Positions 20,010 to 29,503 of a stretch of 64,000 nucleotides of DNA are shown here, piece by piece. The notes under the pieces are model-generated. The model worked only from the letters and a program-made list of their open reading frames with translations. It did no database searches and had not been told where the DNA came from. How positions within the stretch are numbered: the first letter of the stretch is position 1; each line of letters opens with the position of its first letter. The translations under genes were made by a program, and so were the position numbers. The stretch lies in the IMG/VR virus record IMGVR_UViG_3300044991_001638; one strand, written 5' to 3'. The DNA is from an uncultured virus (IMG/VR IMGVR_UViG_3300044991_001638) (Duplodnaviria; Heunggongvirae; Uroviricota; Caudoviricetes).

Positions 20010-20067
20010 TTTACGAAGGTAAATTTCACGACGGTGTGAAAGCTAATGAACCAAAGAAATAAGTATT

Positions 20068-22797
20068 ATGATATCTAACGAAGAAATTGAATCTTTCTTG
20101 CACGGCAACGACCCTGAAGAATTTATTGTGGCAATTGAATTTGACTACGCATCCAACTCCATTTACAAAATAAAAGAAATTCCTGGCAAAGGAAAAGAAA
20201 TACGTAAAGACACATTTACCCCATTTGCTTGGGTTGGTGATTTACGAAATATTAACTTTTACGGTGGTTCTAAATCCGCCCAAAAAGTTGCCATGACCAA
20301 ACATGGTATTATGATTGATAAATTAGAAACTCATGGTGATGAACGATTAGAAAAAGGTATGACTTTTATGGTTAAATCTCTTAAAGGTTATCGTGAACTA
20401 ATCCAATTCTTTAGAGAAGGTGGGTGTGACCCGTGGGGAGAAAAGACAAAGGATAAAATTATTGTTTTACCACCTGTAGAACAATATCTTATTTCAAAAG
20501 AAAAACGATTATTTAAAGGTTTTGAAAATTATAATGAAGTCACCCGACTTGTATATGACTTAGAGACAACCTCTCTTGAACCACAACACGGTCGTATTTT
20601 TATGATTGGAATTAAAACAAATAAAGGATACCACAAAGTTATTGAATGTATTGATGAATCTGAAGAGCGAGGAGCAATCATCGAATTCTTTAATATTATC
20701 GACGAGTTAAAACCAAGTATTATTGGTGGATATAATTCTGCAAACTTTGACTGGCATTGGATTTTTGAACGTTGTAAAATCTTGGGTCTTGACCCAAAAA
20801 AGATTTGTAAATCATTGCACCCCAAACATTCATTCACAAGAAAAGACGGAATGTTAAAACTTGCAAATGATGTGGAAATATTTACTCAAACTTCAATTTG
20901 GGGTTATAATGTCATTGATATTATCCACGCAGTTCGTAGAGCTCAGGCAATCAATTCTAGTATTAAAGCCGCTGGATTAAAATACATTACCAAATATATC
21001 AATGCTGAGTCACCGAGTCGTGTGTATATTGACCACGATAATATCGGTAAGATGTTCCTTAACAAAGAGGAATATTGGTTAAACACACAGAATGGTAATT
21101 ACAAAAAGTCCAACAATCCTGCATATAATGATTTAGACACAAAGTTTCCTAACGTATACAAAAAGATTACAGGTGATAAGATTGTAGAGATGTATCTTGA
21201 TGATGACTTAGATGAAACCTTAAAGGTTGACCAAGAGTTTAATCAGGGGTCGTTCCTACTTGCAGCGATGATTCCAACAACATACGAGAGAGTATCTACA
21301 ATGGGTACCGCAACTCTATGGAAAATGTTAATGTTAGCTTGGTCTTATAAACATGGACTTGCAATCCCCGCCAAACAAGGTAAAACAGACTTCGTAGGAG
21401 GTCTCTCACGACTACTTAAGGTTGGGTATAGTAAGAATGTACTTAAACTAGATTTTTCTTCGTTATATCCATCTATTCAGTTAGTACACGATGTATTCCC
21501 TAAGTGTGATGTAACGGGGGCAATGAAAGGAATGTTAAAATACTTCCGTGACACTCGTATCAAATACAAACAACTTGCCGAAAAATACTATGAAACCGAC
21601 CGTAATAAGTCAGAATCATATGGTAATAAACAATTACCAATTAAGATTTTCATTAACTCGATGTTTGGGGCGTTGTCAGCGCCACAAGTGTTTGCTTGGG
21701 GAGATATGTACATGGGAGAACAGATTACTTGTACAGGTAGACAATACCTTCGTCAGATGATTAAGTTCTTTATGACTAAAGGTTATGTTCCTTTGGTAAT
21801 GGATACTGACGGTGTAAACTTTTCAACTCCTGATGATTCAAAAGACAGGGTTTATGTTGGTCGTGGATTAAATTGGAAAGTTAAGTTGGGTAAAGAATAT
21901 TATGGTCCTGAGGCTGATGTTGCCGAGTATAATGATATTTTCATGAGAGGCGAAATGGCACTTGATACGGATGGGGTTTGGCCTTCATGTATTAACTTGG
22001 CTCGTAAGAACTATGCGGTTATGGATGACAAAGGTAAAATCAAATTGACAGGTAACAGTATCAAGTCAAAGAAACTTCCATTATATATTGAGGAGTTTTT
22101 AGATAAAGGGATAAAGATGTTATTGGAAGGTAATGGTCAAGCATTTGTCGAATATTATTATGAATACCTACAAAAGATTTTCGACAAACAAATACCGTTA
22201 AGTAAGATTGCTCAACGAGCAAAAGTTAAACTATCTGTAGATGACTATAAGAAAAGATTAACAACTAAAACTAAATCGGGTAATAGTATGAGCCGAATGG
22301 CTCACATGGAACTTGCAATACAAGAAAATCTTGCGGTAAATCTTGGTGATGTTATTATGTATGTGAATAACGGATTAAGAGCTTCACATGGTGATGTTCA
22401 GAAAAAAGGAGACGGAGTTCAAATCAATTGTTATATGTTACACAAAGACATTTTGGAAAATGACCCTAATTTAACAGGTGATTATAATATACCAAGAGCA
22501 ATTACTACATTTAACAAAAGAATGGAACCATTGATGGTTGTATTTCAAGACGAGGTTAGAAATAACTTAATTGTTAATGACCCTGAAAATAGGGGTATTT
22601 TTACAAAATCACAATGTGAACTTATCAATGGACATCCATTAGGTAATGGTGACCAAGATAGATTACAAGAAGACGTACTTGATATAACAGAACAAGAATT
22701 AAATTATTGGGAAAGAAGAGGTTTAAGTTGTGATTATATCTATGATTTTGCTGAAGAGGATTGGAAAGAAAAATTAGGAATTCTTGAGACCGTCTGA
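20068..22797 (+). CDS. Family B DNA polymerase
   Basis: Exonuclease motifs YDLETT and GYNSANFDW. Polymerase motifs DFSSLYPS, KIFINSMFG, MDTDG and RKNYA. Confidence 0.95.
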   Translation: MISNEEIESFLHGNDPEEFIVAIEFDYASNSIYKIKEIPGKGKEIRKDTFTPFAWVGDLRNINFYGGSKSAQKVAMTKHGIMIDKLETHGDERLEKGMTFMVKSLKGYRELIQFFREGGCDPWGEKTKDKIIVLPPVEQYLISKEKRLFKGFENYNEVTRLVYDLETTSLEPQHGRIFMIGIKTNKGYHKVIECIDESEERGAIIEFFNIIDELKPSIIGGYNSANFDWHWIFERCKILGLDPKKICKSLHPKHSFTRKDGMLKLANDVEIFTQTSIWGYNVIDIIHAVRRAQAINSSIKAAGLKYITKYINAESPSRVYIDHDNIGKMFLNKEEYWLNTQNGNYKKSNNPAYNDLDTKFPNVYKKITGDKIVEMYLDDDLDETLKVDQEFNQGSFLLAAMIPTTYERVSTMGTATLWKMLMLAWSYKHGLAIPAKQGKTDFVGGLSRLLKVGYSKNVLKLDFSSLYPSIQLVHDVFPKCDVTGAMKGMLKYFRDTRIKYKQLAEKYYETDRNKSESYGNKQLPIKIFINSMFGALSAPQVFAWGDMYMGEQITCTGRQYLRQMIKFFMTKGYVPLVMDTDGVNFSTPDDSKDRVYVGRGLNWKVKLGKEYYGPEADVAEYNDIFMRGEMALDTDGVWPSCINLARKNYAVMDDKGKIKLTGNSIKSKKLPLYIEEFLDKGIKMLLEGNGQAFVEYYYEYLQKIFDKQIPLSKIAQRAKVKLSVDDYKKRLTTKTKSGNSMSRMAHMELAIQENLAVNLGDVIMYVNNGLRASHGDVQKKGDGVQINCYMLHKDILENDPNLTGDYNIPRAITTFNKRMEPLMVVFQDEVRNNLIVNDPENRGIFTKSQCELINGHPLGNGDQDRLQEDVLDITEQELNYWERRGLSCDYIYDFAEEDWKEKLGILETV

Positions 22798-23109
22798 CGA
22801 CAAGATATACCAGTTACCAACACAAAATCTAAATTCAATACATGAGTATCTATCAGCAATTACTTCATCATACTCTTCATCAATTTTACCAATATCTGGT
22901 TTAATTTTTAAATAAGTCATAGATTTTATAACTACATGGTCTGTTGTTTTTGAATCTAATATGATTGTTGACTCTTGTACATTTCTAACGATAACACACT
23001 CTTCACCATTTGTTCTATATTCTTTTTCAGATACTATTGAAATTTCAGAAGTTTCAATAACTTCACCATTAATTAATCTTGTTGATGGTATTGTTTTAAT
23101 AATTGCCAT
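22774..23109 (-). CDS. Hypothetical protein (beta-rich, possibly structural)
   Basis: 111 aa, 3 nt downstream of the neck gene. Its 3' end overlaps the polymerase by 24 nt. Confidence 0.55.
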   Translation of the reverse strand: MAIIKTIPSTRLINGEVIETSEISIVSEKEYRTNGEECVIVRNVQESTIILDSKTTDHVVIKSMTYLKIKPDIGKIDEEYDEVIADRYSCIEFRFCVGNWYILSSDGLKNS

Positions 23110-23112
23110 AAT

Positions 23113-24228
23113 TTAAATTACATATATTTGACGAGGCATTGCTCTGAATTTCATTTGTTTATTTAGATTTTCAGCGAGTAACGCTTCTTTTTCCATTACT
23201 TTTTCAGGACGTAATCTTGTTAACCAACCTTCAGCCCCTGTCAATTCTTCAATCAACTTTGTCTTTTCGTCTTTACCTTCAGTTAATAAACTTGTGTAGT
23301 CCATTGTTAATTCTGAATCAGGAGCCTTTAAATTTCCACTGTATTTTCCTCTAACTCGACCTAACGTTTCTTTAACATATGCGGTGAACCATCTTCTTAC
23401 CCATTGTTGTGCGGGAACATTTAAGTCAACCCAATTCATTTCTTCTAAAGGAACTTCGTTTGGCATTTTAATTACGTCAGGATTATTTTTTAAACAATCA
23501 GCTCTACTATCAGGTGTTACATCGTAGTACCAATACCAAACAGCATTACCAACGTATTGACTATAATTACTCCAATTAAATCGACTACCAGGTGCATTGT
23601 ATAACTGTAAATCTTTTTTACCATCAGGTAATGCAGTAATTCTATAAGTTAAAGAACCACCAAGGATTCTTTTTATAATATTCGCTTCTTGCATTCTTAT
23701 CAAGTAATCAAACCCTGACATCATATAATAAGAACCCTGATTACCCACTTGGGCAAAACCAGATTCATTTGCACCAAGACCTGCTCCAGCACCAATACCT
23801 CCCATACCAAATGCAGTAATAGGTCGATTACTAAACCATAGTACTTCATTTATTTCACGACCTGCAGGGATTTCGTAGTTTTGTTTGTTTTTTTCAAGAA
23901 CAATATAATCTTTTTTTAATACCCAAGGACCTTCAGCTTGAAGACCCACAATTTTTGAGTATGAATATGAGAATTGTTTTTCAAAATCCATTGTTCTTGT
24001 GATTAACGCTTGAGCAACAGATTTTTCACTCATATTAAGATTAACCAAGTTAACCCATTGACTATCAATTAGCCAATTTAAGATATACTGTTCGTAATCT
24101 TGAATGGATAATTCCATTAACGAATCCATCATTTCATCAGTGACTTCAACACTTCTTAATGGTGCACCCAATAGATGTTTTATTCTCGTATAAATTTTTG
24201 ACCTTTCTGGTTCTGGTATAACTGACAT
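23113..24228 (-). CDS. Neck / head-tail adaptor protein (T4 gp13-like)
   Basis: LGAPLRSVEVT at the N-terminus and WVRRWFTAYVKETLGRVRGKY near the C-terminus. Confidence 0.7.
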   Translation of the reverse strand: MSVIPEPERSKIYTRIKHLLGAPLRSVEVTDEMMDSLMELSIQDYEQYILNWLIDSQWVNLVNLNMSEKSVAQALITRTMDFEKQFSYSYSKIVGLQAEGPWVLKKDYIVLEKNKQNYEIPAGREINEVLWFSNRPITAFGMGGIGAGAGLGANESGFAQVGNQGSYYMMSGFDYLIRMQEANIIKRILGGSLTYRITALPDGKKDLQLYNAPGSRFNWSNYSQYVGNAVWYWYYDVTPDSRADCLKNNPDVIKMPNEVPLEEMNWVDLNVPAQQWVRRWFTAYVKETLGRVRGKYSGNLKAPDSELTMDYTSLLTEGKDEKTKLIEELTGAEGWLTRLRPEKVMEKEALLAENLNKQMKFRAMPRQIYVI

Positions 24229-24252
24229 ATCTAATAAATATCGTTTAGTTTA

Positions 24253-25782
24253 TTATATACTATATAAAAGTGAATCAAGTGGAAAAACAAAATTACCACC
24301 AACAATTTTTGGTTTTTTATCAAACACTAAAACATTCTTTCCTCGTTGAAAAACCATCCAATCCGTTTTATATAATTTAACACTTGCGGTACCCTCCAAT
24401 TCAATTCCACTTTCAGTTTTTTTCATTTCTCTAAATGGTTTAACTTGTGCGGTGTGTAACTTACCATCTTTAAATATTTCTAAATCAACACCTTGAATTG
24501 CATCTTTTTTATTTCCTAACTCACCAACCAACTCAACTTTTGCATTTTGACCAAAAAATCTTTTAAGGATTGATAACGTAATTTGTTCTCTTTTATCACC
24601 TGCATTATTTTTTTCTGTTAAGGTTCTTAATAAATTAATAAATGTTGAACTTTGTTTATCAAATATTCTATATTTAAAATGTCCTAACGCATTTACAAAT
24701 CTCTCAACTTCTTTTTTCTGTTCTGCGGGAGTTTTATCGGTAAAAACGATTGGTTTTTTATTTGGTATAGTTGTAATAACTTGATTTAAATCTTTTAATA
24801 AAATACAAAATGCTGTGTAATTTGTGTTGAGTTTATTAATTACTGACCTACCAGGTCCCTCAATATCATAAATACCCGGTAATTGATTATTTGGAGGAAT
24901 TTCAATATAATTTTCATTAAAAACTTCTTTGAGGATTCTATTGATACCATTCATGTAAGTCCATTTAATATCTTGATTTACGTTGAATAACATTCTGTAA
25001 AATTCGTTATCAGATTTTGAACACATTTCAGATTTACCTTCACTTAATATTTGTTTCATTTTGGTAGATTCTGTTATTTTGGTTTCAACTCTCATTTCGT
25101 ACATTTTAGTTACAAATTCCCAATTAACAACTTTCCAAAAGTTTGTTATGTATTCGTCTCTTTTATTTCGGTACTTCAAATAATAAGCGTGTTCCCATAA
25201 ATCTAACCCCAACAATGGAAACCCACCACCTTCAATCACATTCATTAATGGATTATCTTGGTTTGGAGTTGACATAATCTTTAAAGTGTTATTAGAGGTT
25301 AGAATTAACCACGACCAACCTGAACCAAAACGGTCTTTGGATTGTTTTTCAAATTCTTTTTTAAAGTTTGTAAATGTTCCCCACTGTTTGGTGATTTTTG
25401 TATAAAGTTCACCAGTTAGTTTTTTTGGTTCGGGAGTTAACATATTCCAAAACAAAGCGTGGTTAAATGCTCCACCTGCGTTATTTCGAATTGTTTTATC
25501 AAAACGATTAATAGTTTTGATTATTTTTTCTAAATCTAAATCTCCGTATTTTTTCTTTGATAATGCGTCGTTTAGTTTATCGACATACCCTTTGTAATGT
25601 TTATTGTAATGGAAACTCATGGTTTCGGGGTCAATAAATTGTTTAAGGGCTGAGTAGGAATAAGGTAGTTTCTCTATTCCGATTTTTTTCATTTCTGTAA
25701 TCAACAACTCTTTTTCTTTGGTTACGTGATTTTCAAGTATCTGTAATTCTAGTTGTTGGATTTTCTCTTGTGTTTTTTTCAT
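24253..25782 (-). CDS. Fe/Mn superoxide dismutase fused to a C-terminal domain with a PD-(D/E)xK-like motif
   Basis: LPYSYSAL, FHYNKHYKGYV, NNAGGAFNHALFW, FGSGWSWL, PNQDNP and LDLWEHAYY. An extra 270 aa or so carries E...GVD...AQVK. Confidence 0.85.
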   Translation of the reverse strand: MKKTQEKIQQLELQILENHVTKEKELLITEMKKIGIEKLPYSYSALKQFIDPETMSFHYNKHYKGYVDKLNDALSKKKYGDLDLEKIIKTINRFDKTIRNNAGGAFNHALFWNMLTPEPKKLTGELYTKITKQWGTFTNFKKEFEKQSKDRFGSGWSWLILTSNNTLKIMSTPNQDNPLMNVIEGGGFPLLGLDLWEHAYYLKYRNKRDEYITNFWKVVNWEFVTKMYEMRVETKITESTKMKQILSEGKSEMCSKSDNEFYRMLFNVNQDIKWTYMNGINRILKEVFNENYIEIPPNNQLPGIYDIEGPGRSVINKLNTNYTAFCILLKDLNQVITTIPNKKPIVFTDKTPAEQKKEVERFVNALGHFKYRIFDKQSSTFINLLRTLTEKNNAGDKREQITLSILKRFFGQNAKVELVGELGNKKDAIQGVDLEIFKDGKLHTAQVKPFREMKKTESGIELEGTASVKLYKTDWMVFQRGKNVLVFDKKPKIVGGNFVFPLDSLLYSI

Positions 25783-25823
25783 AGTATTGGATTATCCGTT
25801 ATATATAAATAATCCGTTCTTTG

Positions 25824-27578
25824 TTAATATCTCAATTCATTAATTCTTTGTAGGATTTCTTCTGCAGCATCTGCTGGATGTTGGTTGTCTCCCATTACAG
25901 TTGCAATGACTTGTTTTTTGTTGTTTAGGATATCGTAGATGATACCTTCGATTGTATTTTCGAATATTGGATAATAAACCAAAACGTTATTTTTTTGACC
26001 GTAACGATAAGCTCGGTCTTCAGCTTGGGCGTGGTCTGATGGAAGGAATGATAAGTCATTCATAATAACAGCTTCAGCAGCAGTTAATGTTATACCGACA
26101 CCAGCAGCTTTAATATTACCTACAAAGACTTTAATCTTGGGGTTATCTTGGAATTGGTCAACGGAGTTTTGTCTGTTGGGTTTTGACATAGAACCATCAA
26201 GTTTAACCGCGGCTTTACCAAAATGTTCTGCAATTTTATTTAACGAATCGGTGAAATTACAGAAAATGATTACTTTCTTATCTTGTTCAAGAATATTTTC
26301 CGCTAGTTCAATAGTTTGTTCAATTTTTTCATCGGCAATAATTTGTCTAATTTTTGTTAACTTTGAAAATTGAACGGTTAATGATTTGGATTCGTCAGGG
26401 TTCTTGTCATACCAATCATAGTATTCTCCCATAACATTTTCATATAATTTTGATTTTAATCTTAGGTAAACAGGTGTGATAATCTTATCGGGTAAATCAA
26501 GAACATTTTCTTTTAATCTTCTTAATGTTAAACCTAAGGTTCGGTCTCTTAACTCTTCCAAGTTTGACGCCCCTGTTACATTCCAAATCTTTCTTCCCCC
26601 AACATTAAATTGGTATCCAGAACAATAACGGATAGCGTATGCCATCCAATTCTTTGCAACAGGAGAATCAATTATACTTAATAAATTAAAATAATCGATT
26701 GGCCGTGATGTCATTGGTGTACCCGTTAACAACCAAAGTCTTTCGGTATTTTTGACAATATCATTGATTAGTTTCGTCCTCTGCGCCGTACCATTCTTAA
26801 TATAATGGGCTTCATCGATAATAACTAAATCAAAGTTGGACGCAAGGACTTGAGATTCGTTTTTCTTTTTAGGGTCATGGAAATTTTTAATTATGTCGTA
26901 GTTTATGATTACAAAATCAGCTTCGGTACTGAAATTTTTACTTTCTGCAATGTAGATTGATTTGTCTGAGTAATTTTCAATCTCACGTTTCCAGTTAATT
27001 TTTAATGTTGCAGGACAAATGATTAATACTTTTTTTGAGTTTGATTCTAACGCAGCAATAATTGTTGAGGTTGTTTTACCAAGACCCATATCGTCGGCAA
27101 GGATAAACTTTTTATTCTCAACCAATTTTTGTATTGCTTCTTTTTGGTGTTCAAGTGGTGGACGATGTGAATACTTCGAGTAATCAATTACCACATCTTT
27201 AACTGAATTGTCTTTGATAATTGCGGCCTTTGGTAACCAAAAATCGTGAAGTTCTTCATTTTCAAAAACTCTACCCCAAATGTGGTAAGCCTTTTCTTTA
27301 TCCGCCAATAACTTCTCAACCCAAACTTTTTGTGGAATTTCAGTATATAATTTGTCGTCGGCTAATTTCTGAGCAAAGTATGTGTCAAGGATTACCCATT
27401 TTTTTGCGACTTTTGGTTGTTTATTGTGAAAATTAATAATGTATTCTGATTGGCTCCTTGTTGGATAAAATTTTCTATTAACCTGTGATTTACGTTTTAA
27501 TTCCAAGATATAGTTATTGCCACCCTCATATGACTCAAGAATGGACATTGCCTTTGATTCTAAACTAACGTTACTCAT
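25824..27578 (-). CDS. SNF2-family helicase/translocase
   Basis: LADDMGLGKT, DEAH, LTGTP, GVGITLT and QAEDRAYRYGQ. Confidence 0.92.
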   Translation of the reverse strand: MSNVSLESKAMSILESYEGGNNYILELKRKSQVNRKFYPTRSQSEYIINFHNKQPKVAKKWVILDTYFAQKLADDKLYTEIPQKVWVEKLLADKEKAYHIWGRVFENEELHDFWLPKAAIIKDNSVKDVVIDYSKYSHRPPLEHQKEAIQKLVENKKFILADDMGLGKTTSTIIAALESNSKKVLIICPATLKINWKREIENYSDKSIYIAESKNFSTEADFVIINYDIIKNFHDPKKKNESQVLASNFDLVIIDEAHYIKNGTAQRTKLINDIVKNTERLWLLTGTPMTSRPIDYFNLLSIIDSPVAKNWMAYAIRYCSGYQFNVGGRKIWNVTGASNLEELRDRTLGLTLRRLKENVLDLPDKIITPVYLRLKSKLYENVMGEYYDWYDKNPDESKSLTVQFSKLTKIRQIIADEKIEQTIELAENILEQDKKVIIFCNFTDSLNKIAEHFGKAAVKLDGSMSKPNRQNSVDQFQDNPKIKVFVGNIKAAGVGITLTAAEAVIMNDLSFLPSDHAQAEDRAYRYGQKNNVLVYYPIFENTIEGIIYDILNNKKQVIATVMGDNQHPADAAEEILQRINELRY

Positions 27579-27601
27579 TTAATATTAATAAACTTATTTA
27601 A

Positions 27602-27630
27602 AATATAATAAAACTTTAAGTATTTATCAA
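27602..27630 (-). promoter_or_regulatory. Putative promoter TTGATA-N17-TATATT for the SNF2 gene, overlapping a plus-strand TATTTAT (27621-27627)
   Basis: Read directly in the 55-bp divergent intergenic region. Confidence 0.45.
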
Positions 27631-27633
27631 TAT

Positions 27634-28158
27634 ATGAAACGGACATTAGAAAAGTTAGTTCCAGTTACAAGATTAGGTAAATTTTTTGGTAATGAAGATT
27701 TTGACCTTGATATTGATATGGGACAAGAATGGCTTGAGGGTGATATGAATTTTACCGTTGTGTTGTATCGTATTGATAGGTACAAAACAAAAAAAGACGA
27801 TGTTTACGGTGAAGTTTTAGAAGATGGGATACAATTTATGGCCCCTATTGAATTAAAAGGTTTAGTTCAAGTTATGGCACCAACTAATAAGTTATACGGT
27901 AGTTCTAAAGTTGAAATACAAGAACCTGGAAATTTAAAGTTCTCAATTTATCAAAAACAACTTGATGACTTAGGTGTTGAGATTTTTATGGGGGATTACC
28001 TTGGATATTATGAAACAGAATCTAAAGTCAGATACTATTCCATTAGTGATGACGGATATGTTGTGTCTGACAGTAAACACACTTACGGTGGATATAAACC
28101 ATTCTATAGAACAATTGTTGCAACATATGTAAGTCCTGATGAATTTACAGGATTATAA
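27634..28158 (+). CDS. Putative head-closure/neck protein (gp14-like)
   Basis: DDVYGE motif, size, and position before the tail terminator and sheath. Confidence 0.5.
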   Translation: MKRTLEKLVPVTRLGKFFGNEDFDLDIDMGQEWLEGDMNFTVVLYRIDRYKTKKDDVYGEVLEDGIQFMAPIELKGLVQVMAPTNKLYGSSKVEIQEPGNLKFSIYQKQLDDLGVEIFMGDYLGYYETESKVRYYSISDDGYVVSDSKHTYGGYKPFYRTIVATYVSPDEFTGL

Positions 28159-28181
28159 TAAAATTATTATTAAATAATAAC

Positions 28182-29225
28182 ATGCCACTACCAAGAACAA
28201 TAGTTAAACCAACATTACCTTTAGTACCAAAAAAAATTTTATCTGAAAGGAGAGAACAACTTTTAGAATATATTAAAGATGATGGAACTTATTTACCCAA
28301 ATCAGTATTACATGCGGATTTGGATAAGGGTATGCTTGAATTTGTTAAAGACAAACTTAAAGTTGTTACCTCAGGTAAAATAGTTCCATTATTAGATATT
28401 ATAATCACAACTCAAAATTGGTCACAATATTTAGAAACTTGGAAATTTGTGGATGTTGACTATAATCCAACCCCCCCATTTATTACTGTTGTTAGGACTC
28501 CTGAAGTTAAGTATGGCACAAATCCATCACTTCAATATACAATACCAAACAGAAAACAATTTTATTACGCATCGGTACCAACTTGGAATGGAAACGAACA
28601 AGGAATGGATATTTATACAATTCCACAACCAGTTCCTGTAGATATTACATATAATGTAAAAATTATTTGTAATAGAATGAGAGAGTTAAATCAACTTAAT
28701 AAAATTGTGATGCAAACATTTTCATCAAAACAAGCATATACCTTCATTAAAGGTCAATATATACCAATAATATTAGCCAACATTTCCGACGAATCTCAAT
28801 TAAGTATGGAATCTAGAAAATATTACGTCCAAAATTATGAGTTTACTATGTTGGGTTATTTAATAGATGAAGAAGAATTTGAAGTAAAACCAGCAATTCA
28901 AAGAGTGACTCAATTAATTGAAATGGACACAGCACCAAGAAAAAAAAGAATAAACAAATATCCTAAAAACCCTGATAATTTTGAAACTCCGTTTTTATTT
29001 GTTTCAGGTAATACAAGTTTAACAGATGTAATTGAATTTAGCTCAAATATGAATTTACTTTCAACAAGTAATGTTGATACTTTTGATGTATATATTAATA
29101 ATGATTATTATGGGAGCGACCTTCAAAAAATTGAGATTACAACAAACGATATTTTAACTATAGAAGTCACAAAAAATGACAATACTAAAGAATCAAACAT
29201 ACTATATGAAAATAAATTAATTTAA
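28182..29225 (+). CDS. Putative tail terminator / sheath stabiliser (gp15-like)
   Basis: PVPVDITYNVKI...NQL motif and position upstream of the sheath. Confidence 0.55.
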   Translation: MPLPRTIVKPTLPLVPKKILSERREQLLEYIKDDGTYLPKSVLHADLDKGMLEFVKDKLKVVTSGKIVPLLDIIITTQNWSQYLETWKFVDVDYNPTPPFITVVRTPEVKYGTNPSLQYTIPNRKQFYYASVPTWNGNEQGMDIYTIPQPVPVDITYNVKIICNRMRELNQLNKIVMQTFSSKQAYTFIKGQYIPIILANISDESQLSMESRKYYVQNYEFTMLGYLIDEEEFEVKPAIQRVTQLIEMDTAPRKKRINKYPKNPDNFETPFLFVSGNTSLTDVIEFSSNMNLLSTSNVDTFDVYINNDYYGSDLQKIEITTNDILTIEVTKNDNTKESNILYENKLI

Positions 29226-29383
29226 TTTTCCCCATAAATGTCTTTCTTTTCTTTACATTTTTCTATAATTAAATTTTCTAAAAATTTGTAAATTTTTATT
29301 CCCCGTTTATCACAATATTTTTTTAAAATATCGTGTGATTCAGGAGATATTTTGATGTTTTTTATTTCTTTTTTAGTATTCAT
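29222..29383 (-). CDS. Small ribbon-helix-helix-like DNA-binding protein (53 aa)
   Basis: Below the ORF-track cutoff. MNTKKEIKNIKISPESHDILKKYCDKRGIKIYKFLENLIIEKCKEKKDIYGEN, with a minus-strand TATTTAT at 29419-29425. Confidence 0.6.
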   Translation of the reverse strand: MNTKKEIKNIKISPESHDILKKYCDKRGIKIYKFLENLIIEKCKEKKDIYGEN

Positions 29384-29503
29384 AGGTAGAAAAAAAGCAG
29401 TATTTATTCATACTCTTTATAAATACTTATCTAAAAGTAAAGTTTTTTCATAAAAACTCTAATATTTATCAATAAAATAAATCTGTAACAGAATAATTTA
29501 ATA

